Below are positions 1 to 10,944 of a stretch of DNA of 64,000 bases, in pieces. Made by a program: the position numbers and the translations under genes. The stretch is from Rhynchobatus australiae (taxonomy: Eukaryota). Location: assembly GCA_034780895.1 (NCBI GenBank), contig JAUZTB010000107.1:77362169-77426168 (forward strand). Direction: 5' to 3'. A model generated the notes under the pieces. The model was not told the origin of the DNA and did not search any database. It worked only from the letters and a program-made list of their open reading frames with translations. The stretch's first letter is position 1; each line of letters starts with the position of its first letter.

Positions 1-379
1 ATAAATTGACTTTAAAAATCATTAGAATATGCAGCATAAAAACAGAATAATTGGGAGCTGAAAAACTGAATATGCTACTTGCAAATTTAATCAGCTTACT
101 ACCATTTTGTGGTCTATAAAGGAGAAATTTAATGAGAACTGCATTAACAATGGAATAATGATAAAATTAGACTTCAACCAAACTAATTTTAAATGGAGCA
201 ATGATTCTATTAACAGCAGATAAAGAGAAACTGTTGAACTATGCTTAGATGTTTCCTCTCCATTGAATAAGAGAAGTATTGTGGACCAAGTCCAGGGAGC
301 ATAGTGGGTCAAGTGAGGAATGCATCATTGTCTTGATGCACCTTGACAACATATCTACAGCATCACAAAGTTTATCACT

Positions 380-1170
380 AGGACATGGGGTACAGGTAAC
401 AATAACAAGATATACAGATGGCATTAGATTTGGATGCAGAGCAAGCAGTGAGGAAAATAATAATCAGCTTCAAAATGACTGATAGGCTTGTGGAATGGGA
501 AGGCACATAGCAGATAAAATTCAACAGTGAAGTATGGTAGAGAGATACATTTTGATGGGAAGCATAAGGAGTGAGAGAAAAAAAACATTTCCAAGGATAC
601 AAATGAAAAGAGACCTGAGTTTGCTTGGGAACAAATTTCTAAAGTGACAGGACAGTTTACGAAACCAGTTAACTGAATAGGATTTCACACTTTATTTAAA
701 AAGTCATAGTTTACTTATACTAGACCATATTAAACAATAGTTCTAATTCAGCTCTATATTCTATCCAATTCTGGACACCACACACAAGATGCAAAGATCC
801 TGAGATCACAAGATTCAAATGATTTGATTGTTGAGAGATTGCAATTATGTGGATAGACTAGAGAGCTAAGATTGTTCTCCTTGTGGCAGCTATATCTAAG
901 TTAGTTTCAAGTGGCTTAAGATAATTAATTGAGAGGCCACACTTTTAAAGATGATTCTCAAAGAAAAAAAGAAGCAACATAAGGAAATCTTTTTCACAAT
1001 CATGGATTCAAATTTGGAGTGCATTGTTGATAGAATGTTGTACATAGATTCATAAATGTCCTTCAACAAGTAATTGGATGAAACACAAAATTACAGAAAT
1101 TTTTTGGAAAGTAGGTGAGTGGGAAGATTCCTATTTGGCTCAATAGCCTTTTTCTGTGTTGGACTATTTT
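380..1170 (+). mobile_element. Old CR1 LINE fragment
   Basis: Highly degenerate versions of the same CR1 RT C-terminal motifs and tail. Confidence 0.55.
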
Positions 1171-2083
1171 ACGACTGTATCATCACCTTCTCCAGCAATT
1201 TGGGCCATTAAAGAGCATCAATGTCAAGGGAGCACCATCAACTTAAAATTCCTCTTGAAGTCACACATTGCCCTTACTTGTGCATGTGATTCTTTCATTA
1301 CTTTTCGTTAAGGGAAGCCAGTATCCTGCGTTTTCCTGGTTAAAATCAAAATGAGAATACCATCATCACAGGGACTGACTGTGGTGTTTCATCAAAAAGA
1401 TCCACTTCCATCTTCTCAGGATAACAAGGGATGGGTAAGGAATGCAGCTTTGTAACTGCCACCAGTATCCAAAAACACATATTTTGAAGTCAGTAAAATT
1501 ACTTTCCTTTTATAGGGAGTTATTCTGGTGTACTCAGGAAATGACCTGACATTTGCTGCTAAGAATGGAGATAATCTGACGTGGATCTGTGACAGGAAGG
1601 CTGATGTCAACCAAAACTATTGAGACAAAAAAATATCAGAATGAACTTTGACATTGAGGACCTCAAGCAATTAATAGTTGGAAAGCAGACATTCAGGCTA
1701 GGCAGTCAATAGTTCTGGACACAGAAACAGAATAAGACATAATGAGGAACAAGGCACCCAATCAGAAATCAGCAGCTTGTACACTTCAATTTCTCTATTC
1801 AAACATTCTTTATCCCAGTACTGTTTTAAAACTGTCACACTACTTCCTTTTTACTTCTTCCTGTGTCCTTTATCCTGGGACAAATTCCCCAACATAAAGC
1901 AGACACAAATTACCCCATAAAAGTTAACAAAAATGTCAAAAGCTTTCCTGATTCTTAACTTGTCCATCTACAAGTCAAAATTTTAAAAAATCAAAAAACT
2001 GTTTTCCTCAAATATTTTTCCAAGATGATCCAAATGACAATATTATAATTAATATAACTATTGCTTAAATGTTTTATTACTGA

Positions 2084-2092
2084 AAAGGATAC
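2084..2092 (-). other. U12-type (minor spliceosome) 5' splice site GTATCCTTT
   Basis: Exact U12 donor consensus directly after the last visible SLC66A1L exon, at the point where homology to PQLC2 stops. Confidence 0.85.
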
Positions 2093-2278
2093 AAAAAAAT
2101 CCACCAAAAGAACTCCAAAACTACCGATTAACCAGGCCAGATGATGGAGGATGTACTTTTTGGCAGATGCTTTATTTTCAGGCACTTTCACTACCACACT
2201 CAGTCCATACATAGTATTGCCCAACATTGCTAGTGCAAACAGCAAATAGGATGTACCCTCTGTGGACTTCCTTTGGAA
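2093..2278 (-). CDS. SLC66A1L: SLC66A1L coding exon (TM6 to TM7), 186 nt
   Basis: Acceptor TTACAG, FQRKSTEGTSYLLFALAMLGNTMYGLSVVVKVPENKASAKKYILHHLAWLIGSFGVLLVDFF, highly similar to PQLC2 FLRKSTQGISYSLFALVMLGNTLYGLS...YLLHHLPWLVGSLGVLLLD. Ends at donor GTATCCTTT. Confidence 0.93.
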
Positions 2279-2709
2279 CTGTAACAATCAGATCATGTAT
2301 GCTAATTTTGTTTAATGCAACAACCTATTGGTCTAGCCATTTACAAGAAATTACAGACTCCTATAAAATACAAATTAAAAAATGAACATGTTAAATATCC
2401 AATAATTCCAACAATCCAAATTTACACAGTGAATATTACAATTAAACTGCAACAAAGAAACAAACTGCTGGAGGAGCTCAGTGAGTCAGGCAGTATCTAT
2501 GGAGGCAAAGGGATGGTCAAGACATTAAAATAGATTGTAACTTTTGACTGATGAGAGAAACACAAGTTTCAACACCTTCAGTGTAATGCTCAGTCTATAA
2601 ATGGAAACATTTTTAAACTACACACAGCCCATATGAATAATGTTTGTTTTGTGTTAGAGAATTCTATACTACAAGCTGCTTCTCATTAAAGGAGCAAAGT
2701 AAATAATCA

Positions 2710-3095
2710 TAGGGAAATATAGGACTGCAGATGTTGGAATCTAGATGAAAACCACTATGATGCTGGAGGAACTCAGCAGGCCAGGCAGCATCTGTGGAGA
2801 AAAGTGAGCAGTCAACGTTTCGGGTCAGGACTCTTCTTCAGGACTGAAGATAGGAAAAGGGGAAGCCCAATACATAGGAGGGAAAAGCAGAGCAGCGATA
2901 GGTGAACAAAAGAGGGGAGGCAGGGTGGGCACAAGATGGTGATAGGTAGATGCAGGTAAGAGATAGTGATAGGAAGGTGCAGGGGAGGAGGGAGAGTGGA
3001 TTCACCGAGAGGTGGGTCAAAGGTGAGTAAAAAAAAGGGTAGAAAAAAAAGAGGTAGGCTAGGAAAGGGAAGAAAAGAGACATGTTTGGGGGTGG
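2710..3095 (-). mobile_element. Penelope-like element terminal repeat (pLTR) solo copy
   Basis: Closely similar to 7620-8130, the 3' end of the PLE below; carries the hammerhead motif. Confidence 0.75.
2809..2846 (-). ncRNA. Minimal type I hammerhead ribozyme motif in a Penelope-like terminal repeat
   Basis: Minus strand CAGUC-CUGAAGA-AGAGUCCUGACCC-GAAA-C-GUU-GACUG: stem I CAGUC/GACUG, intact CUGANGA and GAAA core, stem II with one mismatch, palindromic AACGUU in place of stem III. Confidence 0.7.
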
Positions 3096-3231
3096 GTGTC
3101 ATTCCATACTCCAGTTGCTCCACCAACATAAAAATTTAAAAAGTGGTAGTGCCTGAAGAAACTTTTATCCTTGGCAGTGAGCAGAATTAATTTTTACAAA
3201 CCAGAAAGTAGATGCTAAAGAAATTACTTAC

Positions 3232-3327
3232 ATTTTTATATAGCTGAGGAAAACGAGAGCCAAGATAAAATACGCAGGACATATAGCCACATAAATATCC
3301 CACGAATTCAACATTGTCATAGGTACT
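3232..3327 (-). CDS. SLC66A1L: SLC66A1L coding exon (TM5 and second PQ motif), 96 nt
   Basis: Acceptor GTTTTCCAG, STYDNVEFVGYLCGYMSCVFYLGSRFPQLYKN (cf. PQLC2 EVIGFVIGSISSVLYLLSRLPQIRTN), donor |GTAAGT, phase 0/0. Confidence 0.92.
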
Positions 3328-4002
3328 CTGGAAAACAGCCAAACAAAATTCAGAAACTCTGGGGTAAAAATGAATAATTATAATTAAAATCAAAAAACAA
3401 GTAGCAGTTGTGAGTTTTTAAATGTTCAGAAATTAAAAAACAAAGACATGCAAGATTAACATGTTAAAAACTTTTCGCAAAGATTTTATAATTTAAGGTA
3501 ACCGATTTATGCTACAAGCATATTTAAAACACGTCCATTGAAGCAAAACAAAGTGATCACAAACCAGTTGTCTTGGGGGACTTCTACTGTGGTAAGATAT
3601 TTTCAATAAACATAAGTGATTTTGTTCCCACAGTTCGAGAAATACATGTTCTTTAGTTAATTTATCAAAACAGCATGATTGGAGAGTTCAGAGTGATTTA
3701 ACTGATGCAACAAGACGCACTAATATATTAAATATTAGAATTGATGACCTACTCTACCTCTCTAAGGCCTTGTTCACAGTGTACCAGACAGAAACAGCAT
3801 TTTGGGAGTCCCAGAATTATATTCTTTGAAGAATTTAAGAGAGAGAAAATCGTAAAGGCCACCCTTGTGTTTTAGAGAGGAAAGTTTAAACACTGCCTGT
3901 TGNNNNNNNNNNNNNNNNNNNNNNNNNNNNNNNNNNNNNNNNNNNNNNNNNNNNNNNNNNNNNNNNNNNNNNNNNNNNNNNNNNNNNNNNNNNNNNNNNN
4001 NN

Positions 4003-4051
4003 ACACATATTATAACCCAGGTAACACACAGCCACTTCAAGAGGGAATTTG
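4003..4051 (-). CDS. SLC66A1L: SLC66A1L coding exon (TM4 region; 5' part only, rest in or after gap 3903-4002)
   Basis: Strong acceptor TGTTTTCGCTTTTCAG, phase 1 compatible with the upstream exon, open and hydrophobic (S)NSLLKWLCVTWVIICV. Lies where the poorly conserved TM4 exon is expected. Confidence 0.65.
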
Positions 4052-7000
4052 CTGAAAAGCGAAAACATGACAGGGTTTACTACAGTTAAAAATGAAAATC
4101 TCCATTGAACACATTAGGAAAGTAGATTTTAATAAACATAACTGGGAAAAATAGTTACAACAATCTTATTTTGTTGCAGGAAACATGATAATCTAACCAA
4201 TATGAAATGTGGGCCTGCAAACCTGATGACCATGCAAATTTACTAAATACTATTGAATAAATCAAAGCACTATCGTACCAAGGTAGAGAAAATACCAATT
4301 TTAATACAAATGTTAGCAAGGATAACCATCTTAATGGTATCATAAGTATACAAATTATGACTCAATGGTAGATAGTTGTAATAAGTAATATACATCATTA
4401 ACAATATGTACTTGGAAGGATTACAAGTTGTCATTGGTCCAATAGAACCAGTTTTACCTGCCATCAGATGGTGAAACAGGTCACTAGCAGTTTAGAACTT
4501 CTCTCGAGTCACTTAATACCCTCTATGTTGGTGTTTCAGTAGTTACGACCCTGGTATGAGTGTTAATTTTGTGACTGGAATGCCATCTATTCTTGGTATA
4601 TAAAAATTATTTCAGTTCACCCACTGGCCTGGAATTCCGAAGGCCTTTACAAGGGAAGTGGCCAATTTCCCAAATTCCATAAGCAGTAAATTATACTGGA
4701 GTGGCAGTCTGGGTGGTGCAGCTCTTTGGACCAATGCAAGTGAGGACCAAGCATCATATAAAGAGGATTACACCATAGTAACAAATGAGCAGACAAGAAG
4801 TATTTTCCAGTCACCAATTGCCTGTATTGCTCCAAAACTTAAAACCAACCTCCATTTGCCTTATTTTCTGATCTGCTTGAGTCGAATGTCATACAGCACT
4901 AGAAATTATAATTAGCCTTTTTTTTAAAAAAGTATTTTCACATCCATCCTCAAAACAAAGTATACACAATAAAACAAGATTTTAAACACTTGAGGGCAAA
5001 AGTCAATTTTACCAGGAGACAGATGATAAAAGCAGATCATCCTCCCTGTTCCACTTCATCAGTTTTGTACCTGCACAAAAGGTGAATATCAACCCCAATA
5101 CCAGCTTTTAACACAAAAGATACTTTTGATAACTGCATTTCAGGTAGACCCTGAGCTAATGTGTCATCAGATGTCAAGTACAATGAATGATTACAGAGAA
5201 ATACAAATGCAAGTATAACAGGTATATCAGGAAGTGCTGCATTTGATTTGCAGCTATACATGTTGATGAAAAAAATGGATTAATTTTGAGTTTTCAAGAA
5301 TCATAAATATATGAGATTATTTCAGGTTATAGCATACACGGTTTGTGTCAGATCTTTTACACTCAAAAAAATTATTGCTGTAATGTATATATTCTACTGG
5401 TAGCTTCCTTGTATGGTTTATTTGTGTTAACAGTTCCATTCAAGTAATTCTTTTAACGAATTGTTTAATTCTGCAATGAAAAAAAAAGTATAAAATGTTC
5501 TTCTAACAGCCAATGTAAAAGAATGCATAAACAAAGATGAACTATGTGGTGCAACTGATGCCCCACTTGCTTCAGAAACGCTGAACTTGTGCTTAGGTGA
5601 AAGTAAGTAGTTTGATCAGTATGGAACAAATATAACAATCTAATTTCAAATTCCTTTTAAAACACTAAACACGGACATATAACTTTGATGAATTCCAACA
5701 CCTGTAATCATCTTCAAAAATATTAAATGCTTTTTCATCCAAAAAAATCAACACACTCATAAATTTTACAACTGTATTGCATTCAAATTTTGAATCAGGC
5801 CTAATGCATATAATCATTGCACTCTTTTAAAAAAAACACATTTTGAAAGTGTCTCACCTTCACTTAGTAAATACCCAANNNNNNNNNNNNNNNNNNNNNN
5901 NNNNNNNNNNNNNNNNNNNNNNNNNNNNNNNNNNNNNNNNNNNNNNNNNNNNNNNNNNNNNNNNNNNNNNNNNNNNNNTCACCTTCACTTAGTAAATACC
6001 CAAATAGAATTTGTGGCACATCATGCTAGTAGCATTCAGTTGTACATAACTTTATAATGTGATACTTAACATGCAAAATGCTTGGCCCACTAAATGGAAT
6101 AAACATTGCATGCCCTGCCAAAAGGTTTAGCAGCAAATGTTTAACAATCCATTTAAATTAAAAATAGCATCCCACAACACAGAAGTGGGCTTTCTGGGCA
6201 ACAGTGTCCATGCCATCTACCATCGATACTCAACCCATTTCCCAACACTTGGTCCATAACCTTCCATGCCTTGGCAATTCAAGTGCTCACCCAGATACTT
6301 GTTAAATTTTGTGAGGATATAGCCATAATCAATCCCTTCTAATGTCAGGATACTCTTATGCATTTTATTTTTGAACAATGATCATGGAGGATGAGGAAAA
6401 ACAAAATAAGAACTCTCTACATTGAATTGCATACAAGAATGCAACAAAGTAGTAAGCTTGGTCCAGTTTTACTACGCTGGTTTTTACACTCCACATCAGT
6501 TTGCTCAATTCTAATTATCTCTTCTAAACCTACCGATTCTCAACCCTCTTGTGTATTCATCAATATTTCTCTTGGATATGAAAATGCTGTTTCCATGTAA
6601 TGCAGGAGCCAGTCATTTGAAATTACTGCCTCTCCGTGCAAAGAAATTCTTTTGAAAGGTTTTATATTTTTGTCTTCTTGTTCTGGATTCATCAATGAAA
6701 AAAAAACCACTCCCATTCTACTGAATCCATTGTAATTGTACAGGTCTTTATCAGTTCTTTTTACTCTTCCTTTTTCTGACCAAATGAACGATATCAGGAA
6801 TTAAGATTTTATTCATAACATGGTTTCTTTGAATGCATTGCCTGAAGGCAATACGAAACCAAATTCATTCACTTTCAAAAGGTAATTGGATAAATACTTG
6901 TAAAGATACATCTTGCAGGATTCGGGGGGGGGGGGGAGCAAAAAAAAACAAGCAATGAGAATTACTGGCTAATTCTTCAAAGAACAAAACATGCAACAGC

Positions 7001-7304
7001 CTTGTTGTAAGATGAGTTGATTTTCAGCTCAATCCCGCCTGATAGGCATATGTTCCTGTTTCCGATGACATCTTTGCAAATCTTTTCTAAACTTACTCTT
7101 GTAGCTCAAAATTTTTGTTCTAGCTTGATCAGAATTATGCACAACATCCTATGGTTTAAGTATGGCGCTACATTAACATAACATTTTCTTCTTGCTTTTG
7201 TGGAGGAATACAAGAAACTTACAAAAATGCCAGAGAAAGCAGTAAGCCCAAAGACTGATACTGTTTTAGAATTCAATAAAGGATGACCAGGGAATTAACG
7301 ATGT

Positions 7305-7580
7305 GGTTGGCTCAGTGGTGGAGCTGGTAGAGCTGCTGCCTCACGGTTCTACCAAGCCAGGTTCATTCCTGATCTCCAGTGTTGTCTGTGTGGAGTTTGC
7401 ACATCCTCCCTGTAACTGTATGGTTTTCCCCATAGGTTTTCCAGTTTCTTCCCATTTCACATATTTCTAGGGTCAGTGGGTTTTATGGGTTACTGTAAAC
7501 TGCCCCAGTGATTGCGGGAAAAGCATAAAATGAGATTAGTGTTTCATTAATATAAATGGGTACCTGATGGTCGACATAGC
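7305..7580 (+). mobile_element. tRNA-derived V-SINE, older copy
   Basis: GCTGGTAGAGCTGCTGCCTCAC, B box GGTTCATTCC, TGTGTGGAGTTTGCAC V-domain. Confidence 0.7.
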
Positions 7581-7614
7581 TTCAAGAAAATCATAATACA
7601 ATCAAGCAAAATCA

Positions 7615-9205
7615 AGAGAAACAAAGGACTGCAGATGTTGGAATCTAGATGAAAAACACTATGTTGCTCGAGGACCTCAGCAGGCCAGGCAGCATCCATG
7701 GAGAAAACCAAGTAGACAATGCTTTGGGTCAGGACCCTTCTTCAGGACTGAAGATAGGAAAAGGGGAAACCCAATATATGAGGGAAAAGCAGAGCAGTGA
7801 TAGGTGGACCAGAGAGAGGAGGTGGGGTGGGCACAGGGTGGTGATAGGTAGATGCAGGTAAGAGATAGTGATTTGGAAGGTGCGGGGGAGGAGGGGAGAG
7901 CAGATCCACTGGGAGATGGGTCAAAGGTAAGGAGAGAAAGGAAGAAATAAAAGGCGGTAGAAAAAAAAAGAGATAGGTTAGGAAAGNNNNNNNNNNNNNN
8001 NNNNNNNNNNNNNNNNNNNNNNNNNNNNNNNNNNNNNNNNNNNNNNNNNNNNNNNNNNNNNNNNNNNNNNNNNNNNNNNNNNNNNNGAGATAGGTTAGGA
8101 AAGGGAAGAAAAGAAGAAAAATGGTTGGTGGGGGTATGTGGGGGGGTGGGGATTACTTAAAGTGGGAGAATTCAATGTTCATGCCGTTAATCTGCAAGGT
8201 TCCAAAACAGAAAATGAGGTGCTGTTCCTTCAGTTTGTGCTTGGAATTCTCCCGGCACTGGAGGAGGCCGAAGACTGACATATCTGTGAGTGTGTGGAAA
8301 GAGGAGTTAAAGTGAGTGGCAACAGGGAGATATAGATGGTGATTGCAAACAGAGCACAGGTGTTCTGCGAAACTGTCACCTAGTCTGCGTTTGAAGCACC
8401 GAACGCAGTAGGTGATATTAAAGGAAGTGCAGGAGAATCTCTGTCTCATCTGAAAGGACTGTTTGTGTCCCTGGATGGAGGTGGTGTAGGGGCAGATGTT
8501 GCACCTATAGCAGGGGTAGTGGAACTTTCCTGGGGTGGAAGTGGGATGGGTGGGGTGGGGTGGAGTGATCTAGGGAGTCCCGGAGAAAGTGGTCCCTACC
8601 CTGGGGTAGGGAAGGGGAAGATATGCTTGGTAGTGGGGTCCCATTGGAGATGGTGGAAGTGGCGGAGAATGATGCATTGGATACGTAGGCTGGTGGGATG
8701 AAATGCGAGGACAAGGGGGACCCTATCCCTGTTGGGTCTAGGAGGGGTGGGGGCGAGAGCAGAGGTACTGGAAATGGCAGAGATATGTGTGCGAGTTCTC
8801 TCGACCACAGTAGGGGGGAAGCCCTGGTTAGAAAAGAAGTTGGACATCTTGGACATCCTAGAGTGGAAAGCCTCATCATGACAGCAGATGTGGCAGAGGC
8901 AGAGAAATTGAGAAAAAGGGATGGTGTCCTTGCAAGAGACAGGGTCGGAGCAGCTGTAATCGAGGTAGCCATGGGCATCAGTGGGTTTGTAGAAGATGTC
9001 TTGAGGTGGAGATGGAAAGATCAAGGAAGGAGAGAGAGAGGTGTCAGAGGTAGTCCAAGTGAATTGGAGAGCTCGGTGAAAATTTGTGGTGAAATTTATG
9101 ACACTGTTGAGTTCCGCACAGGTACAAGAGGTGGCACCAGTGCAGTTGTTGATATAGCGGAGAAAGAGTTGAGGAATGGGGCCGGAGTAGGCTTGGAACA
9201 TTAGC
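7615..9205 (-). mobile_element. Penelope-like retroelement, 5'-truncated and degenerate (RT C-terminus, GIY-YIG endonuclease, pLTR)
   Basis: ORF 8596-9213 has LFLRYINN (degenerate RYIDD), IFYKPTD, YLDYS, IPFSQFL, VPLVLAFHP. ORF 8153-8449 has TSFNITYCVRC..KRRLGDSFAEH..LPVATHFNS..EQHLIF..GMNIEF, typical of the PLE GIY-YIG domain. Confidence 0.88.
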
Positions 9206-9530
9206 AGAATCAATGTAGATTTATGAAAGGGAAATCACATTTTCCTAATCGATTGGAGATCTTTGATACTACATCCTGTGAAAGTAGATAAAGGGGAACC
9301 AACATGGGGTGGATTTGAAATCTTCTGAAGATTTCTGATTAGGCCCACAGTGTGGTAAACGAGGTTAAAGCACATTGGTATTAATGTACTACTGTGGGTT
9401 GAGAATTTCTCAAGAGATAGAAAACAAAGAGCAGGAATAATAAATTGGTCTTTCTCAGATTGACAGGCTGAGACATGGGTATCAGTGATTAGACCCAAAT
9501 CTTTCAGAATCTGTATTGTTGATTTTAAGA
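9206..9530 (+). mobile_element. CR1 RT fragment next to the PLE
   Basis: Degenerate QHGFMKGKS..NLL.FF..., LGIN, DRKQRAGI motifs. Confidence 0.55.
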
Positions 9531-10856
9531 ATGGTCTAATTCATCCCAGTGCTAGCCCCCATTTTATACCTATAGCACAGCAAACATTTCCTTTTCAATT
9601 ATATATCCAGTTCCATTTTGAAGGTCACCATTGAATCTGTTCAAACAACCTTTCAGCATTCCAAACAAGAACCAGAGTTTTAAGTAAAAGCCATCTTGCC
9701 CAGGTAGTAATGATTCACTGAGATCATCAACTCATTTGTATTGCTGTAAATAAAAATATACTGATCAATGGTTTCTCCAGATCTATCTCAAACTAAATTG
9801 GTTAAAGACATTTGTGAACATCAGCACACGAACAAGCAAAAGTAGCAACACAAGCTGATATAATTGTGGAGAGTACCAACAACTCTAGAGTTTATAAGAA
9901 CACAAGAAATAGGAGCAGGCCATTTGGCCTCCCGAGTGTGTTCAGCCATTCAATGTGGCTGATCTTCCATTTCAATTTGGCCAAGGTGACCAAATGTAAA
10001 AGTTTCATAATCAGCAAACTTGCAAGTAAGTGGGATGGGACTAGTCATGATGTTGCAGAGAGGCTTCACAAGGATATATACAATCAAAAGGTATGGGCAA
10101 AAACTGTACTAACTCTTGAAATACAGTTTGCAAAAATATTAGGTTATCCACATTGATTGAAAAAGCAGAGCAATGTTTTAAATGTGGAGATATTGGAAAA
10201 TATACAAGTCACTATAAGCTAACACACTGAAATGAAATAACCTCACAATCATATGTCAAGTTTACTAGCAACCAAAAAGCTTTCCTGCAGTAACAACAGG
10301 CAGCATAACTACATATGCTTCAAAAAGATTTTTCAAAGCATCAGCTGGAGTTTCAAACATCAGGCCCTGGAGGATTAACTTCCACAGCTGCAATACAACC
10401 TCTCTGAAGATCTCTAAGCTCACACAACTTCAGCTCAAGAGTCAAAGGGTTTCTGCATTAATGTGCAAATGCATCCCTTATGCAAGATCATTGCCCACTG
10501 CAGTAATATGAAATTTTAATTTATTATAGTTACCTTTCTGGATCTTCGAAATTAAAATCTGTGCTATACAATCAGCAACTTAATATTATAAACCTACCCA
10601 TCAATGAAATGGGATCAGACCATGCAAGTTCTGTTTGCTGGCATCATAACAGTCTCAGCAGGGCTTCAACCAATGTACCAGTAGCTAAGGAATCTCAGAG
10701 GGAAGGGAAATCACTGCAGAATTGGAGATACTATCTGAAGCAGAAAGTCTATCCCAGTATCTTCACCATTAGAACCAAGAATTGTTACAAAGTTGCAATA
10801 AATAACTTAACAAATCAAACAAATCCAATACTTACACCAAATGAAACACTGCTTAC

Positions 10857-10944
10857 ATCTGCCTTTGCTATTCCTCAGTTTATAATAGACAAATTGCAAG
10901 ATCAGCATGCTGTCAAGAGTTACATAAAAATTAGCTGTAACAGT
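10857..10944 (-). CDS. SLC66A1L: SLC66A1L coding exon (TM3), 88 nt
   Basis: Acceptor TTTTCCTTCTAG, reads TVTANFYVTLDSMLILQFVYYKLRNSKGR (cf. PQLC2 TYTAVYYVLADLVMLTLYFYYK), phase-1 donor T|GTAAGC. Not in the ORF track; read by hand. Confidence 0.85.

Noticed and set aside
1298-1316. Minus-strand TTCCCTTAAC...AG as the U12 branch point and acceptor for the last SLC66A1L intron
   Set aside because: The AG is unusually close to the branch motif and is followed at once by TAA, with no PQLC2-like C-terminus. The true terminal exon is more likely outside the window.
3780-3902. Open frame QQAVFKLSSLKHKG... after the gap as the 3' half of the TM4 exon
   Set aside because: No convincing phase-0 donor, and the frame across the gap is unknown, so it was left unannotated.
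8698-9204. 168-aa plus-strand ORF
   Set aside because: Antisense shadow of the Penelope-like RT.
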